This document shows positions 31,174-41,247 of a stretch of 64,000 nucleotides of DNA, one piece after another; within the stretch, counting starts at the first letter, position 1; every line of letters begins with the position of its first letter. The notes under the pieces are model-generated. The model was given only the letters and a program-made list of their open reading frames with translations, did not search any database and was not told where the DNA came from. A program made the translations under genes and the position numbers. The DNA comes from Methanotrichaceae archaeon (lineage in GTDB: Archaea; Halobacteriota; Methanosarcinia; Methanotrichales; Methanotrichaceae): assembly GCA_963803145.1 (NCBI GenBank), contig CAWDLW010000020.1:1-64000 (forward strand), read 5' to 3'.

Positions 31174-31327
31174 ATAGAGAAACGAAAACTAAGAATCAAA
31201 CGTCGGCGGCGCATCCGCACAGCAAGGCGCCGCCGCATGAAAATAGAACCAAGTCATCTGATCCGACTTAAGTTGAATACGGGAGCACTTTATCCCCGCT
31301 GAAGATATCGGCATCTATCCTGAATAG

Positions 31328-32608
31328 TTAAATTCCCCTGTAGATCTTCCCCTCCTTCATGACAAAGTCTACCTTCCCTGTGACGTTGATATCCTGGAAG
31401 GGATCTCCCGGCATAGCGATGATATCAGCAGTCTTGCCCACCGCAATGGTGCCCAGGTCGGGCCTACTCAGGAGCTCGGCGGCCATGCTTGTGGCAGCCT
31501 TGAGGGTGCGGAGCGGCGTGATGCCGTTCTTGACCATGGTCGGGAACTCCTTCCATACCTGATCGAAGGGTAAGCTCCCTACATCGGTTCCAAAGGCGAT
31601 CTTCACATTGCTATTACCAAGGTTCTTTGCGGATGCCAGAATAGTCGGTGCGTACTTCACAGTCTTTACGTAATAAGAATAGGACTGGTGTGCCCAATAG
31701 GCGCTGTTGTTGATGTTGTCGATATCGTTCTCCAAGGCAAGTTGGGTAGGAACCATGAAGGTGCCATTCTTCTCCATCATCTTCAGCGTCTCAAGAGAGG
31801 CCATGTTTCCATGTTCTATGGCGTCCGCTCCTGCGATAACTGCTCTCCTGATTCCTTCATCGCCATATGCATGGACCGCGACGGGTTTTCCCATGTCGTG
31901 AGCAGTCTTCACGAGGATGTTCATCTCCTCCTGGGTATAGGTGGGCCACGTCGGATCATCGTTAGGCGACATGAAACCTCCAGTGCCCGTGACCTTGATC
32001 CAGTCTGCTCCGCCCTTGACCTCTGTCCTGACCGCCGTCTGGATCGCATCAGGTCCATCTGCAATTACGTAGGACTTCATGGCATTCCAGGCATCAGGGA
32101 TGTATATGCCGGTAAAATCGCCGTGGCCACCTGTGCAAGATATTGCGTGTGGTGCGACTATCATCCTGGGACCTACGATCAGCCCTTTATTTATGGCGTT
32201 CTTCATATCAATGGTCAAGAAGCCCCACTGGGGCGCAGTGGCTAAATCACACACCGTGGTAAATCCATTTAGAAGCACGAGCTTCGTATTCGCTAAGGAA
32301 CGCACGAAAGCCTGAGATGCTGTTTGCGAGGCCATTTCCATAAAGTGTATTGGGTCGAATGTAGGATGCGCATGGCAATCGATGAACCCTGGAGTCACCA
32401 TCCGATTTGGCAGAGGGATGATCTGGGCGCCCGCCGGCCTGCTTACCTTCTCGCCCATCTCAGCTATCTTTCCATCCTGAACCAGGATCTCCATGGGGCC
32501 GAGGGGCGCTTCAGCCTGGCCGTCCCAAACGCTACCGCACTGGAGCACTATAGGCGCCTGAAGAGAATCCTGGATTGGTCCACTGGCTACGACTTGGATT
32601 TGAGACAT
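31328..32608 (-). CDS. Metal-dependent amidohydrolase (Xaa-Pro dipeptidase/ochratoxinase-like)
   Basis: PGFIDCHAH, GGHGD, GADWIK, AVHAYG, IEHG and AFGTD motifs. Confidence 0.9.
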   Translation of the reverse strand: MSQIQVVASGPIQDSLQAPIVLQCGSVWDGQAEAPLGPMEILVQDGKIAEMGEKVSRPAGAQIIPLPNRMVTPGFIDCHAHPTFDPIHFMEMASQTASQAFVRSLANTKLVLLNGFTTVCDLATAPQWGFLTIDMKNAINKGLIVGPRMIVAPHAISCTGGHGDFTGIYIPDAWNAMKSYVIADGPDAIQTAVRTEVKGGADWIKVTGTGGFMSPNDDPTWPTYTQEEMNILVKTAHDMGKPVAVHAYGDEGIRRAVIAGADAIEHGNMASLETLKMMEKNGTFMVPTQLALENDIDNINNSAYWAHQSYSYYVKTVKYAPTILASAKNLGNSNVKIAFGTDVGSLPFDQVWKEFPTMVKNGITPLRTLKAATSMAAELLSRPDLGTIAVGKTADIIAMPGDPFQDINVTGKVDFVMKEGKIYRGI

Positions 32609-32883
32609 GATTCACCTCATTTTTACGGTACTATATTTTACAATTTATTCAAAGATCTAGACTAATATCATTTTATATATTTTTATTCTGACCATTAAAC
32701 GGCCTGTAAAGCGAAAATAGACTCCTATGTTATAAACTTTATTATGACGTTTTAGACCTCAAAAGTATTCGAATTTATAATAATATTGAATTTATATAGA
32801 TATACAAGCCTAAACATTACCAGAAAAAAATGTTTGTCGATCACCGTTGTTTGTATATACATCGCTATTCTCCTTATCTCAGA

Positions 32884-33531
32884 TCAACCATGCGCGACAG
32901 TCAGTGTACCCAAAACTGGGAATAGCGCTGTCAGCGCCGTAGCGGCACCGCCTATGGCTATGGCCAGGAGCAGGAGTCCGAAGATGCGGGTCAGGATGTT
33001 CATGCCGGTGATGCCGAGAAGCTTCTGTATCCGAGGAGAAGCAAGAAGCAATAGAGCTGTGGCGATTCCGACCAGAGATATGACAGCCGCCCCTTTGATG
33101 ATGTCTTCCGAGCTTGAGACCTGGGCTGCGTAGTTGATCACCAGGCTTATGGCACCTGCTCCGGCTAGTATGGGAAAGGCCAGGGGAACTATGGCCACGG
33201 AGTCCTTCTGCTCAGCCTCCTGATCCTCTGCTTTAGTGTGCTGTATCTGGCTCATCTTGGCATTCAGCATCGACCAGGCCATGGTGGCAATCACGATCAT
33301 GCCTGCCAGGCTGAAAGCGTGTATGTTGATCCCAAATAGTTTTAGGATATCATCTCCGACGAAGAGCGCCACCAGAAGGGTGACCACCATTGCAGCCGAG
33401 GCTACCAGGGCAGTTCGCTTCTGTTCATGAGGCGTCTGGCCGTGGGTTAAAGCCAGAAATAAGGGTACAGCACCTATGGGATCGATGATAGTAAACAGTC
33501 CAATGAACATTACGCTAAGGCTTAAGTCCAT
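32884..33531 (-). CDS. MarC family membrane protein
   Basis: IIDPIGAVPLF, VPLAFPILAGAGAI and TRIFGLLLLAIA motifs. Confidence 0.9.
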   Translation of the reverse strand: MDLSLSVMFIGLFTIIDPIGAVPLFLALTHGQTPHEQKRTALVASAAMVVTLLVALFVGDDILKLFGINIHAFSLAGMIVIATMAWSMLNAKMSQIQHTKAEDQEAEQKDSVAIVPLAFPILAGAGAISLVINYAAQVSSSEDIIKGAAVISLVGIATALLLLASPRIQKLLGITGMNILTRIFGLLLLAIAIGGAATALTALFPVLGTLTVAHG

Positions 33532-33702
33532 GATATTCCTCCTTCATCGGGAAGCATATTAACGTCATATCATATGAGCTCCGTGATTTAACCCGGTTTA
33601 GATCGAGGGGCATAACTTAAGAAGAGAGCTAAACACGTACACTTAAGGAAAATGCCATGAAGTTCGAATAAAGTATAATAGTACTAGCGATAACTCCGGT
33701 TT

Positions 33703-34332
33703 ATGCTGGAGATTATCATCAAACTGCTTCTTGCATTGGCCATTGGCAGCCTGATAGGAGCTGAAAGGGAGTTCCGTGAAAAATCTGCCGGCCTTAGAAC
33801 CATTACTTTGGTATGTCTGGGCTCTACCCTTTTCACCATTTTCTCCAGTATGTTCGATCCTGTCAGAGGAGATCCATCGAGAGTTGCTGCTTCAATTGTA
33901 ACAGGAATAGGATTCCTTGGAGCGGGCGTAATTTTACGCGAGAAGAAACATGTGTGGGGGCTGACTACGGCAGCCATCATATGGCTTGTGGCGGCCCTTG
34001 GAATGGGCATAGGCATAGGACAATACCTCACAGTCATTCTGGCTACTGCCACTACCCTGACAATCCTGTGGGGTTTTCCCAAGCTGGACTATTTGAGCAA
34101 GGCACGCGATACTTATACTTATGAAATAGTGGCACCCTCTGAGAAAGCCAAATTCGATATTCTGGTTGGCAAGTTCAAGGAAGTCGGCCTCAGAATTACC
34201 TCGCAGATCGTTGAGAGGAAAGGGAATAAGATAATCGTCACATGGCAGGCATATGGCAACCCGGAGAGCCATGCCAGATTGATGCAGGAATTCCTGGCTG
34301 ATACTGAGATAGATGAATTTAGAATTCTTTGA
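33703..34332 (+). CDS. MgtC/SapB family protein
   Basis: IGAERE...AGLRT, DPSRVAASIVTGIGFLGAG and GLTTAAIIW motifs. Confidence 0.93.
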   Translation: MLEIIIKLLLALAIGSLIGAEREFREKSAGLRTITLVCLGSTLFTIFSSMFDPVRGDPSRVAASIVTGIGFLGAGVILREKKHVWGLTTAAIIWLVAALGMGIGIGQYLTVILATATTLTILWGFPKLDYLSKARDTYTYEIVAPSEKAKFDILVGKFKEVGLRITSQIVERKGNKIIVTWQAYGNPESHARLMQEFLADTEIDEFRIL

Positions 34333-35458
34333 GGATTCCTATTAACCTACCCAAGGCAACAATATGAGAAAGTTTATATACTAATAATACTATTCCATAT
34401 CATGGATTCTTTTACCACATGGATACTTAGAGGGCTTGGCACTAAACAAGGGAAGTCTCGACTTTCACAGATATCAGATTTAATAGACTGGGAACCAATT
34501 CGTCTCATTCTTGAAGAGATGTATGACAATAAGAGCGAAAGGGGCGGAAGGCCCAACTATGACGTTATTCTGATGTTCAAAATCCTAGTTCTTCAACAGT
34601 GGTATGGTTTGAGTGATCTGGAAGTTGAAAGACAAATGGCAGATCGCATCTCGTTTATGTCTTTTCTCGGCTTTCCTGATCCATTCCCCGATTCCAGGAC
34701 TATATGGCTTTTCAAAGAACGCATGGCTGAGACCGGGAAAAAAGAGATAGTCTGGGCAGAACTTCAAAGGCAGCTGGACAAAATGGGCTTACAAGTTAAA
34801 CGTGGAACGGTTCAAGATGCCACATTCATCGAAGCAGATCCAGGATCGTCTAAGAAACTGCGCGGCGAGAATGCTAAAACTCGCCGCAGCAGAGATGGTA
34901 CCTGGGCCAAAAAAGGAAAAGAATCCTATTTCGGCTATAAGTTGCACCAAAAAACCGATATCGATTACTGCCTTATACGTGAAATAGAGACAACTACGGC
35001 ATCAACGCACGATAGTCAGGTCGACCTATCTGAAGCGGGAGAGATTGTGCTTAGAGATAGAGGTTATTTCGGCGTGAAGGCAAAAGGTATTGATTTTACC
35101 ATGAAGCGCAGAACCACGGAATACCAACTTGGAGAACTCGATAAAGAACGAAATCGATTGATTAGCGTTTTAAGATCGCCTGGCGAAAGACCTCATGCGG
35201 TCATAAAAAGAGTCTTTGGAGCTGGGAGAGTGTTGGTTACAACTGTCAAAAGAGTTGGTGTTAAAATGATGGTTACAGCTTTTGCTTTTAACCTCTATCA
35301 GCTCTGCACTCTTAAAAACGCCAAAATTATTTAGACTAGCGGATGCTGTCGATGAATGATCGAATAAGTGGGTAATTCAAGGATATTGGAACCCTCAAGA
35401 CGAAACTTGGGTCAACTTCTAAGAACTGATTTTTAAACACAGGTAAATAGGAATCCTC
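34331..35458 (+). mobile_element. IS5-family insertion sequence (transposase 34402..35334)
   Basis: 18-bp TIRs GAGGATTCCTATTAACCT / AGGTAAATAGGAATCCTC; 4-bp TSD CTTT (34327-30, 35459-62); GGRP.Y, QDAT, FGYKLH and DRGY motifs. Confidence 0.95.
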
Positions 35459-35547
35459 CTTTAGTTGATGATATATAGATATCAATATTTGTTCCCAGAT
35501 ATCGATATCTATATCCGTCTCCCATGCCCAAAACTGGACGTTTTTTT

Positions 35548-37455
35548 TCAGAACCTTGATACGTAAGCCAGTCCAATAGCTACCAGGTAAGCCAGAGGAT
35601 ACAGCCAGATCGCGACTTTGTCCAGGCGTTCTGCCAGGGCAGTCTTGTCTTTAGACTGCAGCCATCTCAGGTATATATTGTAGGTGAAGAGCAGCGCTGT
35701 TATCGCAAAAGAGATGGTTATGACCATATCCATGAAGGTAAGATAGCCGAGTCTTGGCAAGTCGCCAGCTATTGTGAAGTTATATGCTATGAGCAGCAGT
35801 AGATTGGCAGCCGCCATATCTGAGCGTTTCCCGTAGTCTTTCAAGGAGAAGGTCAGCAAGGACAGGAATAGAATGATCAGGATTGGTAAGAAAATGCGCA
35901 GTAAGTAATAGTTGAGATGGCGGTGTGCCAGGAAATAGAATGAGATACGCGATGTATTATCCATTGTGCCTTGGCTTGTATTGCCAATCTCAGTCCCGAA
36001 GCTGGTGGGAGACCACTCCTCCTCGCCCAATTGAGGGCCGATGCCAGTCATCTCCGGCCAATCAACAAAGACATAGGAATCCTGAGGATATATGGAATCG
36101 ATTTTTACGTAGAACTTTTGCTGATCAAAAGGATACTTGTTGAAATCGAAGTCAGGTGCCTGAAGAGTGGCAGAGAATCGTTCGAAGTATAACGCTTCTC
36201 CATCAGGATATATGACTACCATCTGATTTTGAGAGAAGCGTTTCCCCTGCTGGTTGTAGATAGTGAACTCGGGCAATGGTTTCTTCTCTTTTTCAATGAA
36301 CTGGTCGATGCTATGGTAGACCTTGTAGCCACACTGGCAACTCTCTGGACTGAAAGCAAGATCTGGATCCTTCCAGCTCAGCCAGAGGCTCGCGACTATG
36401 GCGAAGTTCTCATTCTTCTGGTCTACTTCAGTGATCTGATCAAGCTTCATGCACGAACGAACCTTGATGGGTTCAAGAAGAACCTGTTCGCCCCTGCTCT
36501 TTGATGAGTTAATGAGTGCACCAGGGTCATTAAGGCCCACAAGCAGTCGGTAGCTGCCTGTGGTGAGGCCTCCATCTAACAGGTCACCGTAGATCATAAG
36601 GTGATTATTTTGGCTGTAATTCTGAAATGCGTATTGCATTATGGCGCTTCTGGCAGTGCCAGTCCAGTTGCTGATGCAAATGGATTTGTTACCATAATCT
36701 TTGAGAATAATGATCGGTGACAGGTTGCCGGATACAGCTTCGATGGATGCATAAAGCGTATCGTTGGGCCTCATCCTCCTCAGCCAGAAAGAATCCGAGG
36801 CATCCCTGGCGGTGATATTCCCCCTGAGCTCCTGAACTCCCATGCTATTCGAAGATTCGGAGGTGTTAAGCAAAGCCAAGATCTCCCCAGTCGGCTCGGC
36901 CCGGCCATTCAGAACCTGTGGGGCATCTATTCCCGGAACCAGCATGTAATCGCCGAAGGTCTCCTTTACAGGGCTGCTGGAGACTATAAGCTGGTAGCTA
37001 CCGCTGGATGGAATCCTGTACTTAAATGCAGATGAGTATCCCGTCCCTATGTCGTCATTCCATATTAAGAACAGACTGTTTGCGATATTCCGGACGGCTA
37101 CCAGCGGGTCCATTCCCTCAGCGATTTGCCGATTTAGTCTTTCCTGGAATTCGGCATTTAGGCCACGGGAATTAAGTTTAGCGTCTGCCAGTGCAGTAAA
37201 TGGATCTAGGTCACCTGAAGTTCCTGCGGCATATACATAGAGCGTTTGGCCCTGCATGATGCTCGGGAGCGTATAGACGGCAATCTCGCCGGGATCGAGA
37301 TGTCCTGTTAATACTTGAACAGCTCCTTCCGTCTGTGATGTTCCAGGAACAGTCGTCAAATTCAGTGAAACAAAAAGAGATAGGATCAATAATACGATAA
37401 TTTTGTCTTTGCGGCCTATACCTGTATCGATGGATCTGTTGAGCATTGAACCCAT
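35548..37455 (-). CDS. Pentameric ligand-gated ion channel with two extra N-terminal jelly-roll/PPC-like domains (DeCLIC-like)
   Basis: Signal peptide; WKDPDL, PEFTIYNQ, Pro-loop FDFNKYPFDQQ, EW, YYLLRIFLP, LPRLGYLTFMD; four C-terminal TM helices. Confidence 0.88.
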   Translation of the reverse strand: MGSMLNRSIDTGIGRKDKIIVLLILSLFVSLNLTTVPGTSQTEGAVQVLTGHLDPGEIAVYTLPSIMQGQTLYVYAAGTSGDLDPFTALADAKLNSRGLNAEFQERLNRQIAEGMDPLVAVRNIANSLFLIWNDDIGTGYSSAFKYRIPSSGSYQLIVSSSPVKETFGDYMLVPGIDAPQVLNGRAEPTGEILALLNTSESSNSMGVQELRGNITARDASDSFWLRRMRPNDTLYASIEAVSGNLSPIIILKDYGNKSICISNWTGTARSAIMQYAFQNYSQNNHLMIYGDLLDGGLTTGSYRLLVGLNDPGALINSSKSRGEQVLLEPIKVRSCMKLDQITEVDQKNENFAIVASLWLSWKDPDLAFSPESCQCGYKVYHSIDQFIEKEKKPLPEFTIYNQQGKRFSQNQMVVIYPDGEALYFERFSATLQAPDFDFNKYPFDQQKFYVKIDSIYPQDSYVFVDWPEMTGIGPQLGEEEWSPTSFGTEIGNTSQGTMDNTSRISFYFLAHRHLNYYLLRIFLPILIILFLSLLTFSLKDYGKRSDMAAANLLLLIAYNFTIAGDLPRLGYLTFMDMVITISFAITALLFTYNIYLRWLQSKDKTALAERLDKVAIWLYPLAYLVAIGLAYVSRF

Positions 37456-37836
37456 ATCGCTTCTCCTTTAAGGGCAATGCACCGGAAAAGCCTTTCTATC
37501 GAAGGATGCCTTTAGAAAACGAAAAGCCTTTTATGCTTATAGCAATCGATAAGGGGATGTCCCAAAAATTTTTAGAACCGGGAAGTAAATTATGAAAGCG
37601 CTATTCATCTATGTCTTGAGGGCTTTGTCCGTTACATCGCTTCGGCAAAGCATGAGAAGATCGGCAAGTTTGCATAACGTTTCTTTCGACCGGAACACTA
37701 CCAGGAATTATGGCCAACAACTACGATTTTCCATCCTTTAAGTTAGCCATTTCTGTATCGCTCTTCTATCTATAATCGGCATAGTTAAGGCATATAGTAT
37801 TTATATCTCTTTAATAATGTACATAGAGAGCAAAAT

Positions 37837-39831
37837 ATGAGAATGGACAGAGGAGTGGTGATTAAGGTTTTGAGAACCTTAGTCATTTGGGCTACTTCAG
37901 CCCTAGGCCTGCTGCTCATGGCAAGATTGATCCCAGGAGTTTATGTTCATGGCTGGGGAACTGCCATCGCTGCAGTTCTTGTTATTGGACTGCTGAATGC
38001 AGTGCTTTGGCCCATTCTCTCCCGTTTCACACTTCGATTTCTTGTGTTCACCTTCGGCATAGGAGCTTTGATACTGAACGGCCTGATAATATGGTTGGCT
38101 CAGTCTTTCGTTCCTGGATTTCATATTGAAGGCTGGAGGGCAATGATCCTGGCCCTAATAGGTGTGTCAGCTGTAAGCACGCTTGCATCTACCCTGATGA
38201 CTATAGATGATGATGCATCCTATTACCGTTCAGTTATAGGCAAAAGAGCTCGCCGTCGGAATATCCAAGGAACTCAGAGCGATAAGCCGGGCTTCATCCT
38301 CCTGGAAATAGACGGGCTGTCCGAGACTATCTTAAAGCATGCGATTCATAAGGGAAATATGCCTACTCTTGCCGGATGGCTAAAGGATGGTACACATAAG
38401 CTGAAAGTATGGGAGACTGATCTATCCTGCCAGACAGGCGCAAGCCAAGCGGGAATTCTCCACGGCAAGAATCAGGATATCCCTGCCTTCCGCTGGGTTG
38501 AGAAGGATAACGGCAACAGATTGATGGTCTCCACAGGGCCATTCGATGCGCCTGAGATAGAGAGCCGTATCTCCGACCACAAAGGCCTTCTGTATCAAAA
38601 CGGCGCCAGCCGCGCGAACCTGTTCTCCGGAGATGCGGAGGATGTGATATTTACTTACAGCCAGCTCACCAACATGTCCAGATTTTACAACTCTGCATGG
38701 TATTTCTTTTATTCGAGCCCCTATAATCTTCCACATACGATTGTGCTTACAGTCTGGGATATATTCCTGGAGATTTACGCTCACTGGAGGCAGTGGCGTC
38801 AGGATGTGCAGCCGCGCCTTAGCCATATCGGAACCTACCCAATATTGAGGGCCTTTACAAATGTATTCCTGAGAGAGATGACGACTTATACTTTGATCGG
38901 CGATATTTTTGAAGGAAAGCACGATGTTATCTATGCAACTTATGTCGGATATGATGAGATAGCACATCATTCCGGCGTCGAGGATGATGATGCTTTCTTC
39001 GCCTTAAGGAAGCTCGACCGGCATTTTGCATTCCTTTCGAAGGCTGCTGAGAACGCTCCGAGACCTTATCGCTTTATCATCCTTTCAGATCACGGCCAGA
39101 GCAAGGGTGCAACATTTAAACAGCGCTATGGACTGACATTTGAGGATCTTGTACGCAGTCTTATTCCAAGCAGGCTCAAGATTCACAGCGAACTTGACAC
39201 AAACCAGGACCATTTCGGCCTCGCTCTGACCTATCCGGTTGAAAAAGGGAAAGAGATGGCAAAAGATGGACTTCAACGTGTGCGAATAGGCGAAAGCCGG
39301 CACAAAGAGATAAAAAGCCCGACGGATGAAGCCCAGGTAGTAGTGCTCGCATCCGGTAATCTGGGCTTGATCTACTTCACAGATTGGGCTGATAATTTGA
39401 GCCTGGAGAAGATCGAAGATCTGTTTCCCGCCCTTATCCCCGGACTCACAGGGCATGAAGGCATAGGGTTCATAATGGCCAGATCTGAGGAGCATGGCCC
39501 GGTTGCAATTGGGGCAAAGGGAAGATATTACCTCGAAGATGATAGAATTGTTGGACAGAATCCGCTCGCAGATTTCGGACCCCGGATTGCAATGCATCTG
39601 CGGAGAACTGCTGGATTCAAGTATGTCCCTGATATACTTGTCAATAGCATTTACAGCGCCGTTAAGGATGAAGTTGCTGCCTTTGAGGAACTGATAGGCA
39701 GCCACGGCGGGGCTGGAGGGGGACAGTCATATCCTTTTTTGATATATCCTGCCGAATGGGATCTGGGAGATGATGAAATAGTGGGCGCAGAGGATATCCA
39801 TAGAATCCTGAAATCAAAGATGGCCGCATGA
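37837..39831 (+). CDS. YvlD/phage-holin-4-like membrane domain fused to an alkaline-phosphatase-superfamily phosphodiesterase
   Basis: GLLNAVLWP...TFG...LNG (holin_4-like); EIDGL, QTGASQAGILHG, YDEIAHHSG, LSDHGQS and GSHGG motifs. Confidence 0.85.
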   Translation: MRMDRGVVIKVLRTLVIWATSALGLLLMARLIPGVYVHGWGTAIAAVLVIGLLNAVLWPILSRFTLRFLVFTFGIGALILNGLIIWLAQSFVPGFHIEGWRAMILALIGVSAVSTLASTLMTIDDDASYYRSVIGKRARRRNIQGTQSDKPGFILLEIDGLSETILKHAIHKGNMPTLAGWLKDGTHKLKVWETDLSCQTGASQAGILHGKNQDIPAFRWVEKDNGNRLMVSTGPFDAPEIESRISDHKGLLYQNGASRANLFSGDAEDVIFTYSQLTNMSRFYNSAWYFFYSSPYNLPHTIVLTVWDIFLEIYAHWRQWRQDVQPRLSHIGTYPILRAFTNVFLREMTTYTLIGDIFEGKHDVIYATYVGYDEIAHHSGVEDDDAFFALRKLDRHFAFLSKAAENAPRPYRFIILSDHGQSKGATFKQRYGLTFEDLVRSLIPSRLKIHSELDTNQDHFGLALTYPVEKGKEMAKDGLQRVRIGESRHKEIKSPTDEAQVVVLASGNLGLIYFTDWADNLSLEKIEDLFPALIPGLTGHEGIGFIMARSEEHGPVAIGAKGRYYLEDDRIVGQNPLADFGPRIAMHLRRTAGFKYVPDILVNSIYSAVKDEVAAFEELIGSHGGAGGGQSYPFLIYPAEWDLGDDEIVGAEDIHRILKSKMAA

Positions 39832-39893
39832 CCACTATATTTAAATATTCAACAAGAAGATAACCGATCTCAATTCAATCCAAATTTCAGGAC

Positions 39894-40943
39894 TTGAGAA
39901 GTGATCAGATGGATGACTTACTAGAGATCGAAAAGAAGCCAGATATATGGGTGGGCAATGAATGGGGAGAACTAAGGGAGGTTGTCATTGGCAGGCCTGA
40001 TCAGCATAAGTTCCCGCAAATCAACGATATGGCATTGAACCATTTCATGAAGGTCATGCCCGCCTCTGATAAAGAATCTGAAAAGGAGAATTTCTTAAAT
40101 CTCGAAGGAAAGCTATTCAAGAATGCCATTCCCGACAGGTTCAAAACTATGGTTGATGAGGTTGAAGCCTTCGTCAAGCTTCTGGAAGGGCGAGGCATAA
40201 AAGTTCACAGGTCAAGATTGCTCAACGCCGATGAGCTCAAGTACAACGCCTTCTGGTGGGATGGCTGTTTTAGCCTCTTCCTTAAAGACCCCATTATCGT
40301 TGTGGGCAACCTGGTTATAGAGGGAGGAAACCGCAGTGCAATACGGCACAAGGATATGTACTCCTATAGAGAGCTATTCTTCGAGCGCGTCCTCGGGAGC
40401 AATGCCAAGTGGATCTGTATGCCAAGGCCCGCTCCCAACACCACAGATCCCACAGGCGGATATGGACCATATCTCACAGGAGGGGATGTCTTCCCCATGG
40501 GCAAAAGGAACGTGCTCCTGGGGTTCAACGATTCTGATTCCAATATATGGGGTCTGAGGTGGATTGCAGATCTTCTGAGAAAGGAGGGCTGGAAGGTCCA
40601 TTCAGTCAGGTACAGGGATGACTGCATGCACCTGGATACAGCCATGTCATGCCCTCTAGAAGGCATTGCGTTGGCCTGCAAGGAGTTCTTCTTCGATGGC
40701 TTGCCAGATCTTTTGAAAGGTTGGGAGATCGTGGACGTGGCTCCTGAAGATGCCAGGGCTGATGCCTGCAATGGCCTTCCGCTCGGACGTGGGTTTTATG
40801 TGATGTCCACCGAGTGGAAGAAGTACGGAGAGAAGCTCATGGATCACGGCGTAAAGCCTCTTTATACGCCCTTTGAGGAGAACAATCACGTTACAGGCGG
40901 AGGCCCACGCTGCTCTCATGGCCCTCTAGTTAGGATGGATTAG
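39894..40943 (+). CDS. Amidinotransferase/pentein superfamily enzyme
   Basis: NEWGELREVVIG, GGDV, MHLDT and GGGPRC (Asp-His-Cys triad). Confidence 0.88.
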   Translation: MRSDQMDDLLEIEKKPDIWVGNEWGELREVVIGRPDQHKFPQINDMALNHFMKVMPASDKESEKENFLNLEGKLFKNAIPDRFKTMVDEVEAFVKLLEGRGIKVHRSRLLNADELKYNAFWWDGCFSLFLKDPIIVVGNLVIEGGNRSAIRHKDMYSYRELFFERVLGSNAKWICMPRPAPNTTDPTGGYGPYLTGGDVFPMGKRNVLLGFNDSDSNIWGLRWIADLLRKEGWKVHSVRYRDDCMHLDTAMSCPLEGIALACKEFFFDGLPDLLKGWEIVDVAPEDARADACNGLPLGRGFYVMSTEWKKYGEKLMDHGVKPLYTPFEENNHVTGGGPRCSHGPLVRMD

Positions 40944-41247
40944 CGTAAGCAGAAGGCAATACTAACCTGACGAACCTCGGCTCGGCTGGGACGGCGAGAT
41001 GAAGTGCTGTAATTGAAGTTCTATTTCCAAGCCCGAGTAGTATTGCTTTTATCTATTCCTCATATATTTTTGACTACATATAGAGACATATATGAATATC
41101 GTGAGACAAATTCTAGTGGCGGCAGATCTATAATTCATCATAAGATTTTTTGCCATTAATGTTGAATTTTGAAACAAAATTCAAAAGATATTTATGCGAG
41201 AACGAAAAATCCTCGAATAACGTGAAACATTTAGGGAGGGAGATTCA

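Noticed and set aside
31174-31302. Arg-rich frame (KRKLRIKRRRRIRTARRRRMK) in frame after the pspAA TAG, suggesting eL41-like peptide or pyrrolysine read-through
   Set aside because: The Arg codons come from the CGGCGGCGC/GCGCCGCCG hairpin (31204-31235) between convergent genes. PspAA already ends at its normal family C-terminus, and there is no RBS.
40960-41040. Possible guanidine riboswitch upstream of the second amidinotransferase
   Set aside because: Only a weak CTCGG/CCGAG pairing and an AAGCCCG fragment are present; the conserved guanidine-I/II/III cores are not recognisable.
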